Assembly: GCF_009914755.1 (NCBI RefSeq)
Contig: NC_060931.1
Reading direction: 5' to 3' (one strand)
Length of the DNA stretch: 64,000 nucleotides
Source: the human T2T-CHM13v2.0 reference genome, Homo sapiens
Shown here: positions 1-19,018 of the stretch, one piece after another
Layout of the letters: every line of letters starts with the position of its first letter
Position numbering within the stretch: the stretch's first letter is position 1
Notes under the pieces: model-generated
What the model was told of the DNA's origin: nothing
Seen by the model: only the letters and a program-made list of their open reading frames with translations
Databases searched by the model: none
Translations under genes and position numbers: made by a program

Positions 1-168
1 ATGACTGTTTTGACTATTAACACTGTGGTACCTGGGAGCCATAGATTATAATTGATGCAGGGAAACAAGCCAGCTGTGTACAAACACATCTGTGTGCTTC
101 TAGGGAAGCAACTGTAGATGCCATATTGGGGGTTGGTCAGGAATACCATGTTTACAAATGAAGAATTA

Positions 169-2848
<2,680 letters not shown>

Positions 2849-3247
2849 AAAGAAAATTAGTGAGTGCTAGTATGTACAAAGTGTAAGGAATTTTATGTGG
2901 CAGAAGATATGGTTCCTAGCCTCAAGAAACCTAAAATCCAGCTGAACAGACAGGATTTGTTCTTAAAGAAATGAAAGACAATACAGAAGGTCTTTCTTGC
3001 CATTTGTCCTGTGCTCCAGTTCATGTAAAGAGGATTTTATTTGAAGCTAAGCCCACTGGGGAAGGCTCACAGCATGGTGCAGGATTTGATCAGGGCCTTG
3101 AAACAGGGTAAGACTTTGAAAAAAGAAGGAGAGATCAGCAGGACCTTCCAAGCAACAGGGACATGCACAGAGTGTTCAGAGTATAAGAGGTAGACCAGGC
3201 TGCTTAGCGGCAGTGAGTTTGTGGAAGTAACAGGGTCATCTGCTGTC

Positions 3248-3410
3248 TGTCTCTCTCTCTATATATATCTGTGTGTGTGTGTGTGTGTATGCACACATAT
3301 ATGTATATATGCACATATATACATATACACACATATGCACATTATATATACATATACACATATATATACACATATGCATGTTATATATACATATACAGAC
3401 ATATGTGTAT
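3248..3410. repeat. Compound (CT)/(TA)/(GT)/(CATA) low-complexity microsatellite
   Basis: Seen directly in the sequence. Confidence 0.9.
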
Positions 3411-4139
3411 TTTCTAGTTGTTTACTCAAAACTTCATATAAAGTATGCTTCTCAAATTGGTCCTGGTTAATAGCATCTTTCTGAGTAATAATAATCTCCA
3501 CCATCCTAGAACCCTTGCCATGTGTCAGGTACTGTAATACAGCCTTTAAATAAATAAATTATTTCTAACTCTTTAATGATCTCATGTGACAAATTTGTCT
3601 GTGGACTATATAAAACACACATACACTGGAGAATCTGAAAAGAGTGTTTTCAAACCCCTTTGAGAATGCAATAAATCATTACCTAGGATAAGGGAGAAAA
3701 AGTTATAATAAAAGTTAGTTTTCCCTTTACATCTGTATCATATGTGTTAACTCTGCCAAATATATGAAGTAAAATACAATTTGCTGCATGACTCATTAAC
3801 CAAAGCTGATCAGGAGACACTTAGGTGTTGTCTGTCATTCCTTCACCTTTCTGTCCTTCTAGTCTATAGGCCAGGCATCTTTTCTATCTTCTCCATAAAA
3901 ATTCTTGAATGTTTAGTACACATATAGTCACTTAGATATAGAAATACATGATGCATGCACATGCCTCACTAGCCATGTTGAGGTACCCTCCGAAATTGAA
4001 ATAGATGATCACTCTTCAGTGAATAACTGCAACAGTAACAGCAACACAATAAAAGTCCAAGGAAATCCAGGTTCTTGTTATCTTCCTTTTGATTTAGTAA
4101 TAGAGTAACAGTGCCTCTAAAATGGTAATCCACCAACCT

Positions 4140-4300
4140 GGCAATGCTCCTCAGGAAGGTTTAAAATACTCAGATTCATGGTGCTCATCCAAGACTTACT
4201 AAAGAAGCATCTCTCAGATTCATCCTAGGAATCAATTATTTAAAAAATTCCTTCAGATGATTCTGATGCCGTCAATTAATCTGTAAACAGGTGTTTAGGA
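4140..4300. mobile_element. Degenerate MER5-like hAT-Charlie relic
   Basis: Motifs such as 'ttaaaatactcagattc' and 'cagatgattctgatgc' resemble MER5. Boundaries approximate. Confidence 0.5.
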
Positions 4301-5689
4301 ACGATTTATATCAATTAATATAATAGAATCTTGACAGACTTAATAGGATTGCTTTTCTCTTTTGCCCTACACTCCAGCAGTATTATATTTCTGTTAAATA
4401 ACAATTATTGAGATGTATTTATGGAATTTAGTCACAGTATCTAGCACAGAGGTAGATGATAGGAATGGTGAGAGAAGTTAGACAAGGCAAGAAGGATGGC
4501 AGGCCAAGACGCAGGATTGATGGCAAGAGAAGGAAAAGGTAGACATACCCAACACAAAACCTTGGAGCTGAAGCATGGCCTCCAGAAAGAGTCAAACTCT
4601 CGGGAAGACAGTCAAGGAAGGCCGGGCAAGGGACTCCAAAGTTAAAGAGATCTTGACCTCGAGAAGCTGAGGCTTAAAGCATGCAACTCATAGGAAGCCA
4701 CTTTGCTTCCTAATTTTATGGGGGCCAGCAAGTGGACCGGCTGGTACTAACATCAGTGAAACCATCTGCTTATCAATCTATACTTTCCAGTCAGCTTGGA
4801 GTGTCTAAAGTACAAACCCTGTATCTATCTCTTCCTTTATCCTCAGGCCTAGCCCAGTGCTTCTCAAGTGTTTGTTGAACTGAACTAGATTGATCCAAGG
4901 ACTCCTGATAGACTGACTCACAGTATTGTTCGAGTCTTATAAAATCTTATCCACAAAAAAGAAGTGTGATTTAATTTTGGAGCACTAATTACGATGCTAC
5001 TTTGAATTTTGAATAAAGACCAGGAAAAATGGAAATGCTTTAAGGCTGAATTGTATTTGACCCACAGTCCCTCAGATTTCCTCCAAAATTTACTGGTTCT
5101 ACATCTCCCCTGTTAATCTCCTACTATTTGTTCTTTTCTATTCTCAAGAATTGGCTAAAAAACAGAACCAAAAAATGGTTTTTATTCATTTTTTTCTGGT
5201 TTGGCTTCTGCATTGCTTCAAACCACTGACAAATTATATACACCTAGTATTTCTGTTGTAATGTTGGCTTTCTAGAGATGGGAAATGTGCTGTGACCATA
5301 TGCGTCGTCGTGGAAATATGAGAAGGTGGTGCTGATTTAACAGCTCCTTTAGCTTGTGTTGGAGTAACAGTTCTCCTTAAAGTAATAGTGGGTGTGTTTG
5401 TTTCCCACTCAAGAGTTGAGCTCCTCAATGTGTATCACACATCTTAAATCTCAATATGCTGCTCACTGTTTTAGCTCCAAAAACCACCAATTCAAATCAT
5501 CTGAAGAGAAACAATTCCTCCACTTTTTAAACTACTCATGTCACTGTGTCTACATGTACTTATTCAACTTATAACGTGACATAATGGCATCAGGCATTGT
5601 AAATCTGAAGACTTCAGTATAAATTTGTGTGATAAAATATTCAAGGGGCCTCCTGAGTTTATTATTTTCATGGGTACTGATTTATTCTA

Positions 5690-6410
<721 letters not shown>

Positions 6411-7094
6411 CTCATTCCTTTGATTTGAGTTTCTCACCCCTTATGGTGCATGAAAATTCCCTCAAGTGTTTTTGAAAATTCAGATTTGCAGGAACTACCA
6501 CCAGAAATTCTAAGTCAACAGTTAGGAAAACCACATGGATTGGGGAAAAGTTGGTTTTCCAAAAGAAAGAGACACTAGCCAAATAAACAAACAAAATATA
6601 ACCACACAAGAGCCTCATCTAGGACTTGTGATTCCATGAAGATGCCCACAAGCATCTATGTAGCACAGCAGTGATGCTGTGAAAATATAGGGGCTGGCAG
6701 AAAAGATGGAGCATTTTGCATAAAAATATCATAGCAATCCAAGCTCTGTAGTTACAAATGGCAAATTCATTAGCTACTTACATGACTTATGCCTTGTCTA
6801 TGTAAGTAAATAATGGCCAGTGCCAACTTGAAAATGAATTTTTAAAAGCCCACGGCAATCTCCATTGCTGTGACATACCTCTTAGTGACATTAGTTAGGC
6901 ATTTCTTCAAAATAGTGATGAACAATCATATTGACTTAAGAAATGTTACCCAGACTTTTGTTGATGTTGCAATTCAGACTTTTTGGTGCACTAACAGCAA
7001 AGGCTAGGAAACAATCTTGAAATTCTAGAAATGAGTTTGGCTCTGTGAATCTAGCATTAATCACATGAAATTCTTATCAACAGGGACAGACACC

Positions 7095-7900
7095 CACTCA
7101 TTCAACAGTTGTTTAGGGTACCTATTAAATGAAAGACCCTATTCCAATAATGAAGAAGATGTTCAAAGTCCCTGCCCATATGGTGCATACACTCTAGTGG
7201 GGAGACAGAAAATAAATAAACACATACCTTTGTAATAAAATATCAAATAGTGGTACATGAAGTGAGGGAAATAAAGCTGGGTAAAAGGAATAACAGGGGG
7301 TGCTATTTAAACAAAGGGTCAGGGAAGACCATTCCAAGAAGATAAGCCTGGAATGAAGTGAGAGCCACACAGAGGTCTGGAGGATAAGCACAAAGGCAAA
7401 GGCCTTGAGGTGAAACCAAGCTTGGTGTGCTCACCCAGTGTTGCTGTAGCAGTAGGTGGCAGTGATAAAGTTGGAGAGTTGGGCAGGGGGCGGATATTGT
7501 AGCACCTTGTAGGCTATGTCATGGAACTGTGGCTGCATTCTAGTTGTGGTGAGGAGTAATCCACTGGTGAATTTGGCAAGAGGGGATGGTGAGAGCCACT
7601 TTCAAAGTTCTATAAGATCGCCCAGGTTTCTTTGTGCGGCAGGGATGATGTGGCCCAAGTAGGAGCTAAATAATTGAGTAGGAGTTCATGAAAGTGTGTT
7701 CTTACGTGGGAGCAGTGGAGGTGGCGAGGTGTGGACAGATTTGGGATAAAATTTGAAGGGCAATGCACTCGATTGGAGACCAAGGGGAACAGAGTTTCTG
7801 CAAGAAGAGGGGAGGAACTAGTGTTAAGAATCCCCAGAAATAGGAAGAGTGATGACTGAGAAAAAGCCTTCAAATTGGACAATAGGTCAGTTCTTATGTT
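7095..7900 (-). mobile_element. LINE-2 3' fragment(s)
   Basis: 'tcattcaac...ccctgccc...tctagtggggagacaga...tcagggaag' L2 signature. Confidence 0.7.
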
Positions 7901-9144
7901 TAAGTGGAAAGAAGAATATCGGTAATGATCTGTGAGAAAGGACTAGGTGGAGTGCTAGGGAGGAAGCTGGATAGCAGAGGAGTGAAGGAGGGGGAGGAAG
8001 CCCAGGCTACAGACCCAAGAAGGACCCTTTGAAAGTCCTGGCCTCACAATGGCCATGCAGTCCACTTTGCCTTCAGGTATATGTCTGAATGAATACAGAG
8101 GGAAATTCACTTCTTTTAAAAAACTTTTTAAGGAATATCCATTTACTACTGTCTCCCCACCCAATAGAGGACAGAAATCAAAACACTGTAACAAGGGCAG
8201 AAACTATACTTTTAATATTCAAAAAGTGAGACCATATTTATTTCTATGTAAGTTACAAATCAAAGTTTATGCCTGGTTATCTTTTGGGACATTGATCTCT
8301 ATCTTCCTCCATCTCTTGGAAATGGGTGTTCCAAATTAATTAAACTCTGAAGAGGGTGCGAGATTCATGTGGAAGGCGAAAAATTAAATTAATAGCTTCT
8401 TAGACCCTGTGATACATTTTCCACAAAGGAAACAGAAATAAGTTGCTTTTACATCAGGAATTCTGTTGATTTGATCATTTCAAAGGGATTGTTGTTTTCC
8501 TTTTGGGTATAACAGCCACCAGGGGCTTTGTCAACATATTTCAAAGCAGTTGGATGAGTTGCTATGATTGGAAGAAATACACACAAAAATAAAAGGACTT
8601 TGGAGTTATGTAAATAGAATCAGTTAACTTCCCCTTGAAGTATAAACAATGTTGTAATAAGGAAATTGAATTTAAATTTGGTGAGAAGTATTTACAGACT
8701 TCAATAAGAGGAGCTTTCCTTCTCTTTCTCATCCTTTTCTTTTACCCCAGGCAGATAAGCAATTAAAAAACACCTTCTGTATGCTCAGGACTATGTGATG
8801 CATACAGAATGATGGTCCCTGACATCAACAAGGGAAGGGAAGAACTAGTTGAATGAACAAGGCAAACCACCTAAGAATCAATACTAAACCATCTAAGGTA
8901 TTATAATATATAATTAAGGCTAAATCATGTTCAACAGAAAATGTTTTTAAAATGTTCCAATAATGTGGAATTATTTAGTGTTCCCTGAGAATACCAAGCT
9001 TTTTTCAAGACTATGGAAGTCAGTTAAGACTTCCATAGTAATTAAGAGTCATAATTATGTGGATTCTATGCCTCCAAACCACACCTTTTTTGTTTTCTAG
9101 AGAATTAAGCTTAAACACCTTAGCTCGACATTGAAGATGTATGG

Positions 9145-9520
9145 CTAAAGACTCTTTTTGGTGTAAGGGATAGGAAATCCAACTCAAACTGGCTTGAACA
9201 GAAAAGGAAATTCTTTAGGTCATATAACCACAGACTAGGACTGGGTCACTTTTATGCATGGCTTGCTCTAGAAACTCAGTTTCTTCTAGATCTCAGTGAA
9301 GCCTTTTCCTGCACTGTCTCCAGCCTCAGGCTCTACATGATAGCTCTTGACAGCTCCAGGCTCATAGGACCAGTGGGAGAAGAGCAGGTGCTTCCTTCCC
9401 GAGAGGCCCAGGAGATGGCTTATTACCTCTTTTGATTCTGATGGGATCAAATGCCCATCTCTGAACCAATGACTATGGTCAGAAGAATGTGATGCTCTGA
9501 TTGGCCAGACCTTAGTAACA
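9145..9520 (-). mobile_element. Old MaLR LTR (MLT1K/L-like)
   Basis: 'aaatccaactcaaactggctt...aaaaggaa' and 'ctgaaccaat...gctctgattggccag'. Confidence 0.6.
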
Positions 9521-12400
9521 TGGCTTTCCTTAGATATTCTCTTGCTGTCCTCAGGAAAGCAAAACAACAGACACCTCAAACACCAGATTTCTCACAGATA
9601 GGCCCTGTATCCTCAGCTTCATCTCTTGCTACTTCTTGTTCTGCCCCCAATGTCTCCATCACGAGGAATTATTTCCAGTTCCCTAAGAAACCTAGGCTCT
9701 TTTGAGGGTTATGAGTGCATGACTGTGCCGTTCCCACTGCCTGTAATGCCATTTCTTCTCTTCAGAAAAACTCAATCTCATCATTTAAGACATAGCTCCT
9801 GCCTGATCTAAGCTGATGAAGGGTCCTCCATGAAGCGCGATGAGAACGTATGTCAAATATTGGCCATAACACCTGCTTCAGTGAAAGAAATAGTCAGCTG
9901 GTTCCCATCTCCCATGTTAAAGTAGTCATCCCTCTTTCTCTACATAAGACAGAAAAATCATGTTGATTAATGGCACAGTTGGATATAGAAACTAATTGAA
10001 GGGGTGTCAGGAACCGGGCTGGGCCTGAGAGTAGCATGGTGAGTCAGAACAGGGATGGGCAGTGCCTATGTAGCGCCATTCCAGAAAAGGCTGAATCATC
10101 ACAGAGGATGGAGGCACTGGGTGGAAGTCCAGAGTCAAAGAGGCCAGGCTGGATGAACCAACAAGGACAAATCTGAGACAGAGATGCAGGTAAAATGAGT
10201 CAGGTTCTGAAGGCAGTGTGGATATGGAAAGAGGGGCAAGGATATGCAGGTACCAAGGCTCAGACAAAATTGCTCCATGAGAGAGGATTGCTTCAACTGC
10301 TTTTCATCCAAGAATGGGGGCTATGTTGTATTTTTATCATCCTAGCCTAAATTGTCCTTGGTACAACTTCTGTTGGAATGTTAAAAATAGTGTGATGTTT
10401 GAGTGAGGCATTGAGATATTTGGAAATAAAAGATGATAGGACTGACTAATCATCAGTATGATTGCAACTCAGAGATTTCTACTTGGATCCTTAATTCTAG
10501 ATTGAAATCATTTTACATCTGACAGAAAGGAAAACAAGGTAATTCCCACAGACTTCCAGAAGGTAAGATATTGATTCTACTTTTCAGTGACTCAAATATA
10601 GCTGAAATCACTTTGTGCTGGAGGCCATGTGGCTCTTTATGGCCACAAATGATAAGCATATGTCCTAGAGAGTGGTTTTCTCCCCAGCAGTTATATTTCC
10701 AATACACCCAGGGCCCAGCAAAGCCACAGCTGTAATTGGCAGACTGAGAGTACGGATGGTTGTTTGCTTGTCCTCGTAAAATTGAGCGTGACAAGTCAAT
10801 GAGGAGTGGAGTTGTGCCTGTTGTAAACACATTTAGAATTCAAGGAAAGCAAAGTGTATATTTGAGAATTTGATTTGTGAAGCTCATAACTATTCATTCA
10901 TTTCTTAACCATAGTTCGTTAAATTTAACAGTTGTGTGACTCGGAATTCACAGATGACAACTGCAACATATTTTGGGTAATAAATTACTAGCTGCTTTAA
11001 GAAACGGAACTGATTTAACAGCGTATTGTGCAGTTGTAATAGAAGCACTAAAATCTGTCTTTCTACCTCCAAGGGTTTATTTTAAAGGTTTAGATTGCAA
11101 TGATAAACATTCTTTTAATCCTTCACCATGCAAGCAAGTCCACTTTCTGAGGCAGTCATTTACTTGTCTGGTAATAAACAGTAATTTATGTACACGATAT
11201 CGATTTACACATACACTTTTTCTCCATGGCAGGGGCAAAATGCTCTTCGATTGCTCTAGTGGGAAGTGCTTTACAGTTATCTCATTTCTAAAACAAAAAT
11301 ATTGCCTGTATTTAAAAAATAAATAAAGTTCTGAAAGTTGGAACAGGGCCTGGAATAGTTCCGTTGCAAAGGCTAAGTCAGCATCAAAGGATGCTCACTT
11401 AACATTTGCTCCTTGAGCTAAATACCACAAATGGACATTTTTTAATGACAATTATTGCATCTTTTCATTTGATTTTATTTCTATCAACAATGAGTTCTTT
11501 TCTTTCCCTCCACAACCCTCTCTTCTTCCCAGAGGTGTCCAGAAAGATCAGCTCACTTCGTCAGCTAAGAGCTGCAGGAAGCAGGAAGACTCCAGTGAAA
11601 ATATAAGCAGCTCTGGCAAGCTAACAATCACATCTGTTAGCCACTGGATAAAATAAGAGTTGGCAAGGACCGGTGTGTCTGAACTGACTTATTTTCTAGT
11701 GGGAGGGGTAAACTTCTGCTGATTAACCACTCAGGATCCTAACTAACTTTCTGGCATGGTGTTTACATGATTATGCCATTGGCCTTGAAATGAGAGTGAC
11801 TTTTAGGGATACTTCAAAAGGCAATTCTTTTACTGTTCCTGGAACCTAAGACCCCTACAAAGAAAGCCCGGCCCACCTACTGTGTGCAGTCATGTCTTCT
11901 AGGACTTCTGCAAGAGTTACTCCCAGGTGTATGACATACACCCAGGTATATGACAAAGGGATCTATATGGGAAATCACTTATATAGTGAGTATGAACAGA
12001 GAGCCACAAGCTCAGGAGCACAGTAAATATCATATTTCTTTACTTTTCAGTTAATAATTTCATTCTGACTCTGTGATACACCATGTTTTGGTGGGTTATA
12101 ACCTCATTCTTCCATGGGGCTCTCCTCCTGGTGGTTTTGTCAAGGTGCTGGGGATCAGGATCTTTAATCTGGCCAGCAGGCACCTATCCCTCCATGATCC
12201 CAGCCATGTCATCAGGATGCAGATTGGTGGCTTTGGTTTAACACTGGGCACACGAGAAGCCATGTCAAGGCTGGGTGTTCTGGGCCGTGATTCCTTCTAG
12301 GTTCTGCTACTTATTGTTGCTGCCAGGCACTGACTTATAGATCCTGGTGCTCAAAGGACTACACACTTCTTTTCTCTCCTAGCCTAGATAATCTGTTTTT

Positions 12401-12770
<370 letters not shown>

Positions 12771-13469
12771 TAATCTTGGAAAATATTCTGTTTATCCATA
12801 TTTCTATCCAAAGCATGCACATAGACTTCTCTTTCTTCTCCCTCTGACCCTGGGGAATTTACTTTTATGTTGGGGAAATCCTTCTCTCTCTCCATGTTTT
12901 CCTCACAAGTACCCCATCTTCCTACACCTCATTACTCTCTGTGGAATTTTGCTTCTGGAAACAAAAGCCAAGAAGGGAAGTTTTTGCAGGCCATCTCTAT
13001 TTCTTTCTCTGAAGGGGAAAAAATAGAAAATGTAGGGTGAAAATTATACATTACTATCACAAAAATTATCTTAGCATAGACATATACATACATTCTCAAA
13101 GGCCTGCCTGGTTAATTTAGTTTTGCACTGGTAAAACAAACAAAAGACACACTAGACAAAAGGATCTGCAAATCTTATGAGTTGAGTAATTTATGAATTT
13201 GTCAGAGTGTCCAATGTAGAAGATGAACTATATTCAATTTGGTTTAATGTGTCAAGGAGGAGAGAGTGAAGAGGAGATCACCTTCCCAGAATTCTTCCAA
13301 GGGAACTATAGTCGTCATACTTCCACTTGCAAATTATACTACATTTACTCATGGCTATATATAATTCAAGGATTTTTATGGTCATCTTTTATTGATTAGC
13401 ATCAGCTAAATTCTCTGCATTAAAATGTTTTTTGTAGAGAACTATGTTTACAAACAGAAACAACAGAAC

Positions 13470-14530
13470 TAATGGACATTACCTTGACCTCTGCCAGCAC
13501 TGGATATGAGTGACCACTCTTTCTGAAACTCTCTTCTCCACTAGATTCCATAGAAGCACTCTGTCATAGTTCTCCTCCTCCTTTCTTATCTTACCTTTTT
13601 GAAATTCTTCATGAGGTTTTTTCCTTCATCCACATGGGAGTACTTATCCATTTACAGTTCCCCACTTCCATTCTTTGTCTTCTGTTCCCCTCCCAGGATA
13701 ATCTCACCTACTCTCAGAGTTTTAGCCACCAGCAATCTGCTAATGACTCACTCATCCCTGCCCAGATCCCTGCTGGACACCTTCATCTGAATGTTCCATA
13801 GCACCTCAAACTCAACATGTCCAAAGCAGAATGCTTCAACTTCTCTTCCACTAACCTGTACCCCTCTTTCTGCTCCCTTTCATAATCCACACAGTAATTT
13901 CCATCTCTGCTTCTTAATCTTGACCAACTCACCCAGGCACACAAAATCAGTGCCTACACAAGGTAGTTGCTACAGCAGCTCCAGCTTTACTCTCAGCCTT
14001 CTGGTTACTGCTCTTGTCCAACTGGTTCAGGGACTCCAGATTTGACTGCACTGTTTGCTTCCATCTCTGCTAGTTTCGTGATCTTTGGTCTCCCTTTTTG
14101 CTTCTTGGACTTCTACCTCCCTTTCAATACTTGACTCTCTTCTCTCTCTCTGATGATATTGTCCTATGAGGTCTTGGAAGAAAACTCCCTCAACCACCCA
14201 GGCTAACTTTTTAGGCTTCCCTCCGCTGGTAAAGGATGAGACAAACCCCTACGTTCCAGACTGCTTGAGTCCTCACTTTCCTTCACCTCTTCATACCGAG
14301 TTAACCACTAAGCCATCAATGAACATGTCCTGCACTCTCCTTATCAACCCTGCTGATGCTGCCTTAAATTAAGCCCTCATCTTCTTTTCCCTGCATTATT
14401 CAAACAGCTTCCTAACGGTCTCCAGTCTCCTATTTTGTTCCTCACCTGGCAGCCAGATTATTTGTTCTATAACACAGTGTGGGTCTTTCCTTTGCTTAAA
14501 ACCCATCAGGAAATATCTGCAACCCTGATC
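13470..14530 (+). mobile_element. LINE-2 fragments
   Basis: 'gcacctcaaactcaacatgtccaaa' and 'cagcttcctaacggtctcc' L2 motifs. Boundaries approximate. Confidence 0.65.
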
Positions 14531-17500
14531 TCTCATCAGAAAAAAATCCGTGAAATGCTTAAAAGACATAGATTTTGGCATCAACTCTAGAGATCATAGC
14601 TCAGTGTGTTTGAGACAGGGCTATGACGTCAGAACTCCTGGGGTAACTCTGATGTGCAGCCTCCACAGCATGGCACCCCAGTTCCACTGTGGCATGCTTC
14701 TACCCACACTTCCATCTCGGCTCCTGCTTCAGCAGAGCTGGAGGATGTCTCTTACCTTTCGGAATCTTAGGATCCATTACAGTGCTTGATGGTCATTGAC
14801 ATTAACTAGACCACTGCATGATGACAGCAAATATTATCAAAGAACCAGAGGTGTTTTTGAGGTTGTTAAGGGCCCTGGAGCTACAGTTTAAAGAATTCCT
14901 ATGTAACTGTTCTCACTAATTCAATGTATTCCTTTTCTTAATTCCATATTCAGTGCTATTTCTGTAGAGTACTAGACAAAATAATTTCTCACCCTACTTG
15001 GTATTTACACCTTTAAAGTATTTATAGATTGCTTTTATATCCTCACGTAGTCATCACTTAACCAAACAGTATGCATTTTAGTTTTACACTATTACTTTAG
15101 AAATTCATCCCTCCATAAAGTGATAGCTTTTCCTGAATTATTCTATTTCTTTATATATTTCTTAAATTGTAGTATTTCTTCTTTGAATAACTAGATAACG
15201 AGCCTGTTGAAGATAGCAATTCTGACTTACAATTACGACTTTGCCTTCACTGTTGCCTCTACCATGATTGACACAGAACTGGGCATAAAATATGGGGAGA
15301 GGAGGAAAGAGTGGATTTGCCAAGAAGCTGTAGGGACAGAAAGTTCTGAACCCTCTTTCTGTCATGTTTTTGGTCCTCCTAACCCATGTTCCAGCTGTTC
15401 ATTACTGCTACCACCAGATGTTTTAGGTATACATATTTCTCTGATTGAACTACAAATAAGCTAATTCATTATCCCTCAGTAAGAAAGAAAACCTAGGAGA
15501 AAATGGAACACTTGGTATTATTTCACGTCTCTGGAAAAGGATTGCTCACATTATATAACTTGATGAGAATTTGCCAAAACTCCAAATGATACTTCTGTCA
15601 GGCAGTGTAAATTGCCATTCTGGATCTCTATTACAAGAAGTTGTATTTGGCTACAATCCAATGAAATGTATCAAAATGCAATTTCCAAGGCATTCAGAAC
15701 TGTACCCTTCATTTGATTCTGTGCATGCCCACATAGGAGCTGGAAAAATATTCATTAAGTTTCTATAACCAAGTGAAATAACTCAGGACCCACTTCAATA
15801 AATCCTTGATAACTCATACACACCCTCCCCACCAAATAACCCCCTCAAGCATCCTGTTCTGTTCTGATGGGGAGTAATCCTTTATCCCAGCAATATTGAA
15901 AGGCACAGAACACCTAAATTTCAGGCACAGAAAACTGTGATTTGTTGTTTGGCATATTAGAAACAAAAAAGCCCTGTGCCCGTGGAGGATGTGCATACAG
16001 ACCAGGCTAGCCTTTGAGAGTTAAGGAACCTGGGAGAATCATTGGCAACCAATGAGACAAGAAAGAAGAGATGCAGAGAGAAAAGAGTAGGGGACATTTA
16101 AAATAGCAGCTGTAGAAAGAGTAAGCTTGTGATCAATGTTGGGATGGATGCTACGGGAAAAACAGAAGAGAGAATAGTTACATTGTCAGAGAGTGGGAGC
16201 GAGTGCCATCGGCACATACCTCAACGACCTTTGGGACCACCTGTGTGTGCTCATTGGCACAGTCAGTACAGCTCTCCCATCTGGAGTGTGCCATCACTGC
16301 CCTACAGCACCACGGGAGGAAGCCGCATTTTCTCCCTGTGACCCATGCCCTCCACACCTGCATCTGTAGCTGTAGCTGCACAGAGGGCAGAGTACACACT
16401 TTGTAATTATAAGGGAGAACCAAACTCATATCAAGATGAAATGGCATATAGTTTTTCTCTGTTGAAGAAGGCATGGAAGTATATAGTACATGTCTTAAAG
16501 GTTTCTAAGTTTAAAAACATTTAATATAGACCCTCAATAAGAAAAACAGAACAGAAACACATAAAGTCCGTGATGCAACTGGGTGACATCTGTAACTCCA
16601 AGCTATGAAAAAATGATCATGGAAAGCAAATGGATGTGAGAGGATGGTGATATCAAATACAGATGAATTCATATATTTACAAATGGTTAGCCCAGCCCAC
16701 GAGTATTTTGCCTCTACTTTAATACCTAGCATTTCATCCCCAGGCCGATTGGAACATCATTTTCCCCCACGTATGATTTTCCACATCATTACATCAAATC
16801 TGCCCCTAAAATAAGAATAAATAATTGGCTTTTTCTCAATATCAATTAAAGTTGTAGTTCTGTTGGAAGAACCTATCGATCTAATCTTCTGTGATCTGAT
16901 CTTGCTGAAGAAACATGAAATGTAGTTTTTGACCTGAGACTTCCGGAGTGTTTCCCCTCGGGTGTCAGCCTCAAGTTTTCCATTTTAATTTAATTCTTTT
17001 ACACCAGTAAGATGCTCCTACCATTTAGTTCCCCTCTAGAGCCTTTTTGTTTGTTTCAGAATGGTAAAAAATTAAGCTTGCATTTCCTTTTTACACAGAA
17101 GCTCTTCCACTAATTCAAGCCAATACATTTACAATAGAACATGCCAGAAAGTGCCACAAAATTTCAATAACAGGCAACACCACTAGGCTTCAGTGACCAC
17201 TGATTTCATCCTCCTTCTCCTATATTCTTTCCTATAGTCCTTATACATCAATGTCATGGACTATTTAATCTTCTACCTCGGATTAACCTTTTTTTAGGTT
17301 GCAGAAGATGCTTCTGTCACTCAGGATGTAAAGATAAAAAAGAATTTTAACTGCTGAACCCTTGCAGCTTCTTTAATGAGCCTGGCTGATCTTTAACCCA
17401 AAAAACTGGTAGTCCATCTGTTGAAGTGGGGCTCACCTCCTGCAAATGGTTGGCTCTCATCACAGAAGGCATTTCAACACCCCATCTCCATCTGGTCACT

Positions 17501-19018
17501 GCTGCTTGCTAATCTAAAAAGAGACTTGGAGATGTGGGGGAGAGTGACATTTCCAGTTAACAGTAATTATTTCTAAAAACTCTCTGTTTCTTTTCACATT
17601 TCCTCCCCCTTCTGACACTTCCATTTCCCATGGAGGACTTTTAGAAAATGAGATTATCAGTAGAATATTTAGACTATTCATAAGAAAGTTATTCTCTTGC
17701 TAAACTTCCTCAGTTAGGCAACCTTGGTTTTGTTTTTTGTTTGTTTGTTTTTTACCCCTTCTACTCAATTATTATGGGTTCCAGCCCCTATTATGTTTCT
17801 AGGTGCATCACTCATATCTGAAGCACATGTGGTGAAGCAGAGTGATCTCACTAAGCCTGCATCTGACCCACTGCCCATCTTCTCTGGCTGTTTTATCTGT
17901 CCTGATAATCAATAAAGAGTAACACATGTAAATTCAAAATGCATCTGTCAATTTTGATTAGCATGGATAAAGTTATTGGGTTCCCTACTTCACAGTCATG
18001 AACATTTTGGAACTCAGTCTTACAATAGATGAAGGATTATCATCAATGACAGTGCTTTTGCTAATCTAAATCAGGACAGCACTCTTTCTGTTGTGGTCTC
18101 TAATGCAAATGGATGAGGGAAGTTGAAGAGATTGTCTAAAATAACTTATATACAGTCCTGCGCATAAAGAAATGATTGCTTTCCATCAAGGTCCTTCTTG
18201 GGCAGGTAAAGGCTACTCTGAAGCCAGGGATTGTCTGACCACCTCAACGGGCTATACAGATCATAGTGAATAGAAGTCAAGGCAAGGTTTCTCCTGTGAG
18301 GGATGGTTTCTCCTGAGCCATGCTAGAAAAAAAACTCTGAACTTCAGGTTTCAGTTCAGTGGTAATTAGTGATGAATTCTGCCACAAAGACCTTACTTAC
18401 CATGCACTATTATATTAATTAAGCCTTGAAGTTCTCAATCCATGAATCACCACTGCATAATCAATGCTAAAATTTTAAACAAAAATAGCCCCTTCTATTC
18501 CACAATGGCAAATCTGAGCACTGTAACAGCTAAAGGGGAACTTGTGAGAAATGTGTCCTTAGATTAAAGCTCAGGAAGCCTAACCATGAAAGTCCCGAGG
18601 TGCTAAAAATACACTGACACTTAGGGATGAGTGTTGGTTGCCTGACTTTGCAGAGCTGAGTTACGAAAGCTAGAGCCCAATTTAGAAGAGACTGCCTCTT
18701 AGAGGTCTTATGGGGCCATGAATGCTTGTCTTTGAACACACAGCCATACATTCACTGGATGTTGGAGAAAACATCAATACATTTTCAAATATCGTCTGAA
18801 AGGTATGTCAGAATAACACGTTTTCCACAGGGTGGCCATCCACTACACAGGGCAGATGTTTGCCATTGTTTTCTTTATCACAACAGTGTTAGAAGGAGGT
18901 ACTTGCCCAGACATGGGTTAAAATCTTGACTCTTTCATTTATTATTTTTATTATATTAAGTTTCAGATGATGAATAAAGAGTGAGGAATGTAGATTGATA
19001 AAGAATAGCAAAAGTGGG

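Noticed and set aside
10500-11320. Repeat-free block with FOX and homeobox-like motifs as a conserved enhancer
   Set aside because: Short motifs cannot be distinguished from background without conservation data.
11922-11955. Small tandem duplications (also 27829-27877)
   Set aside because: Ordinary slippage products.
16220-16335. Minus-strand exon ending at GAG|GTATGT
   Set aside because: No polypyrimidine acceptor and no recognisable peptide.
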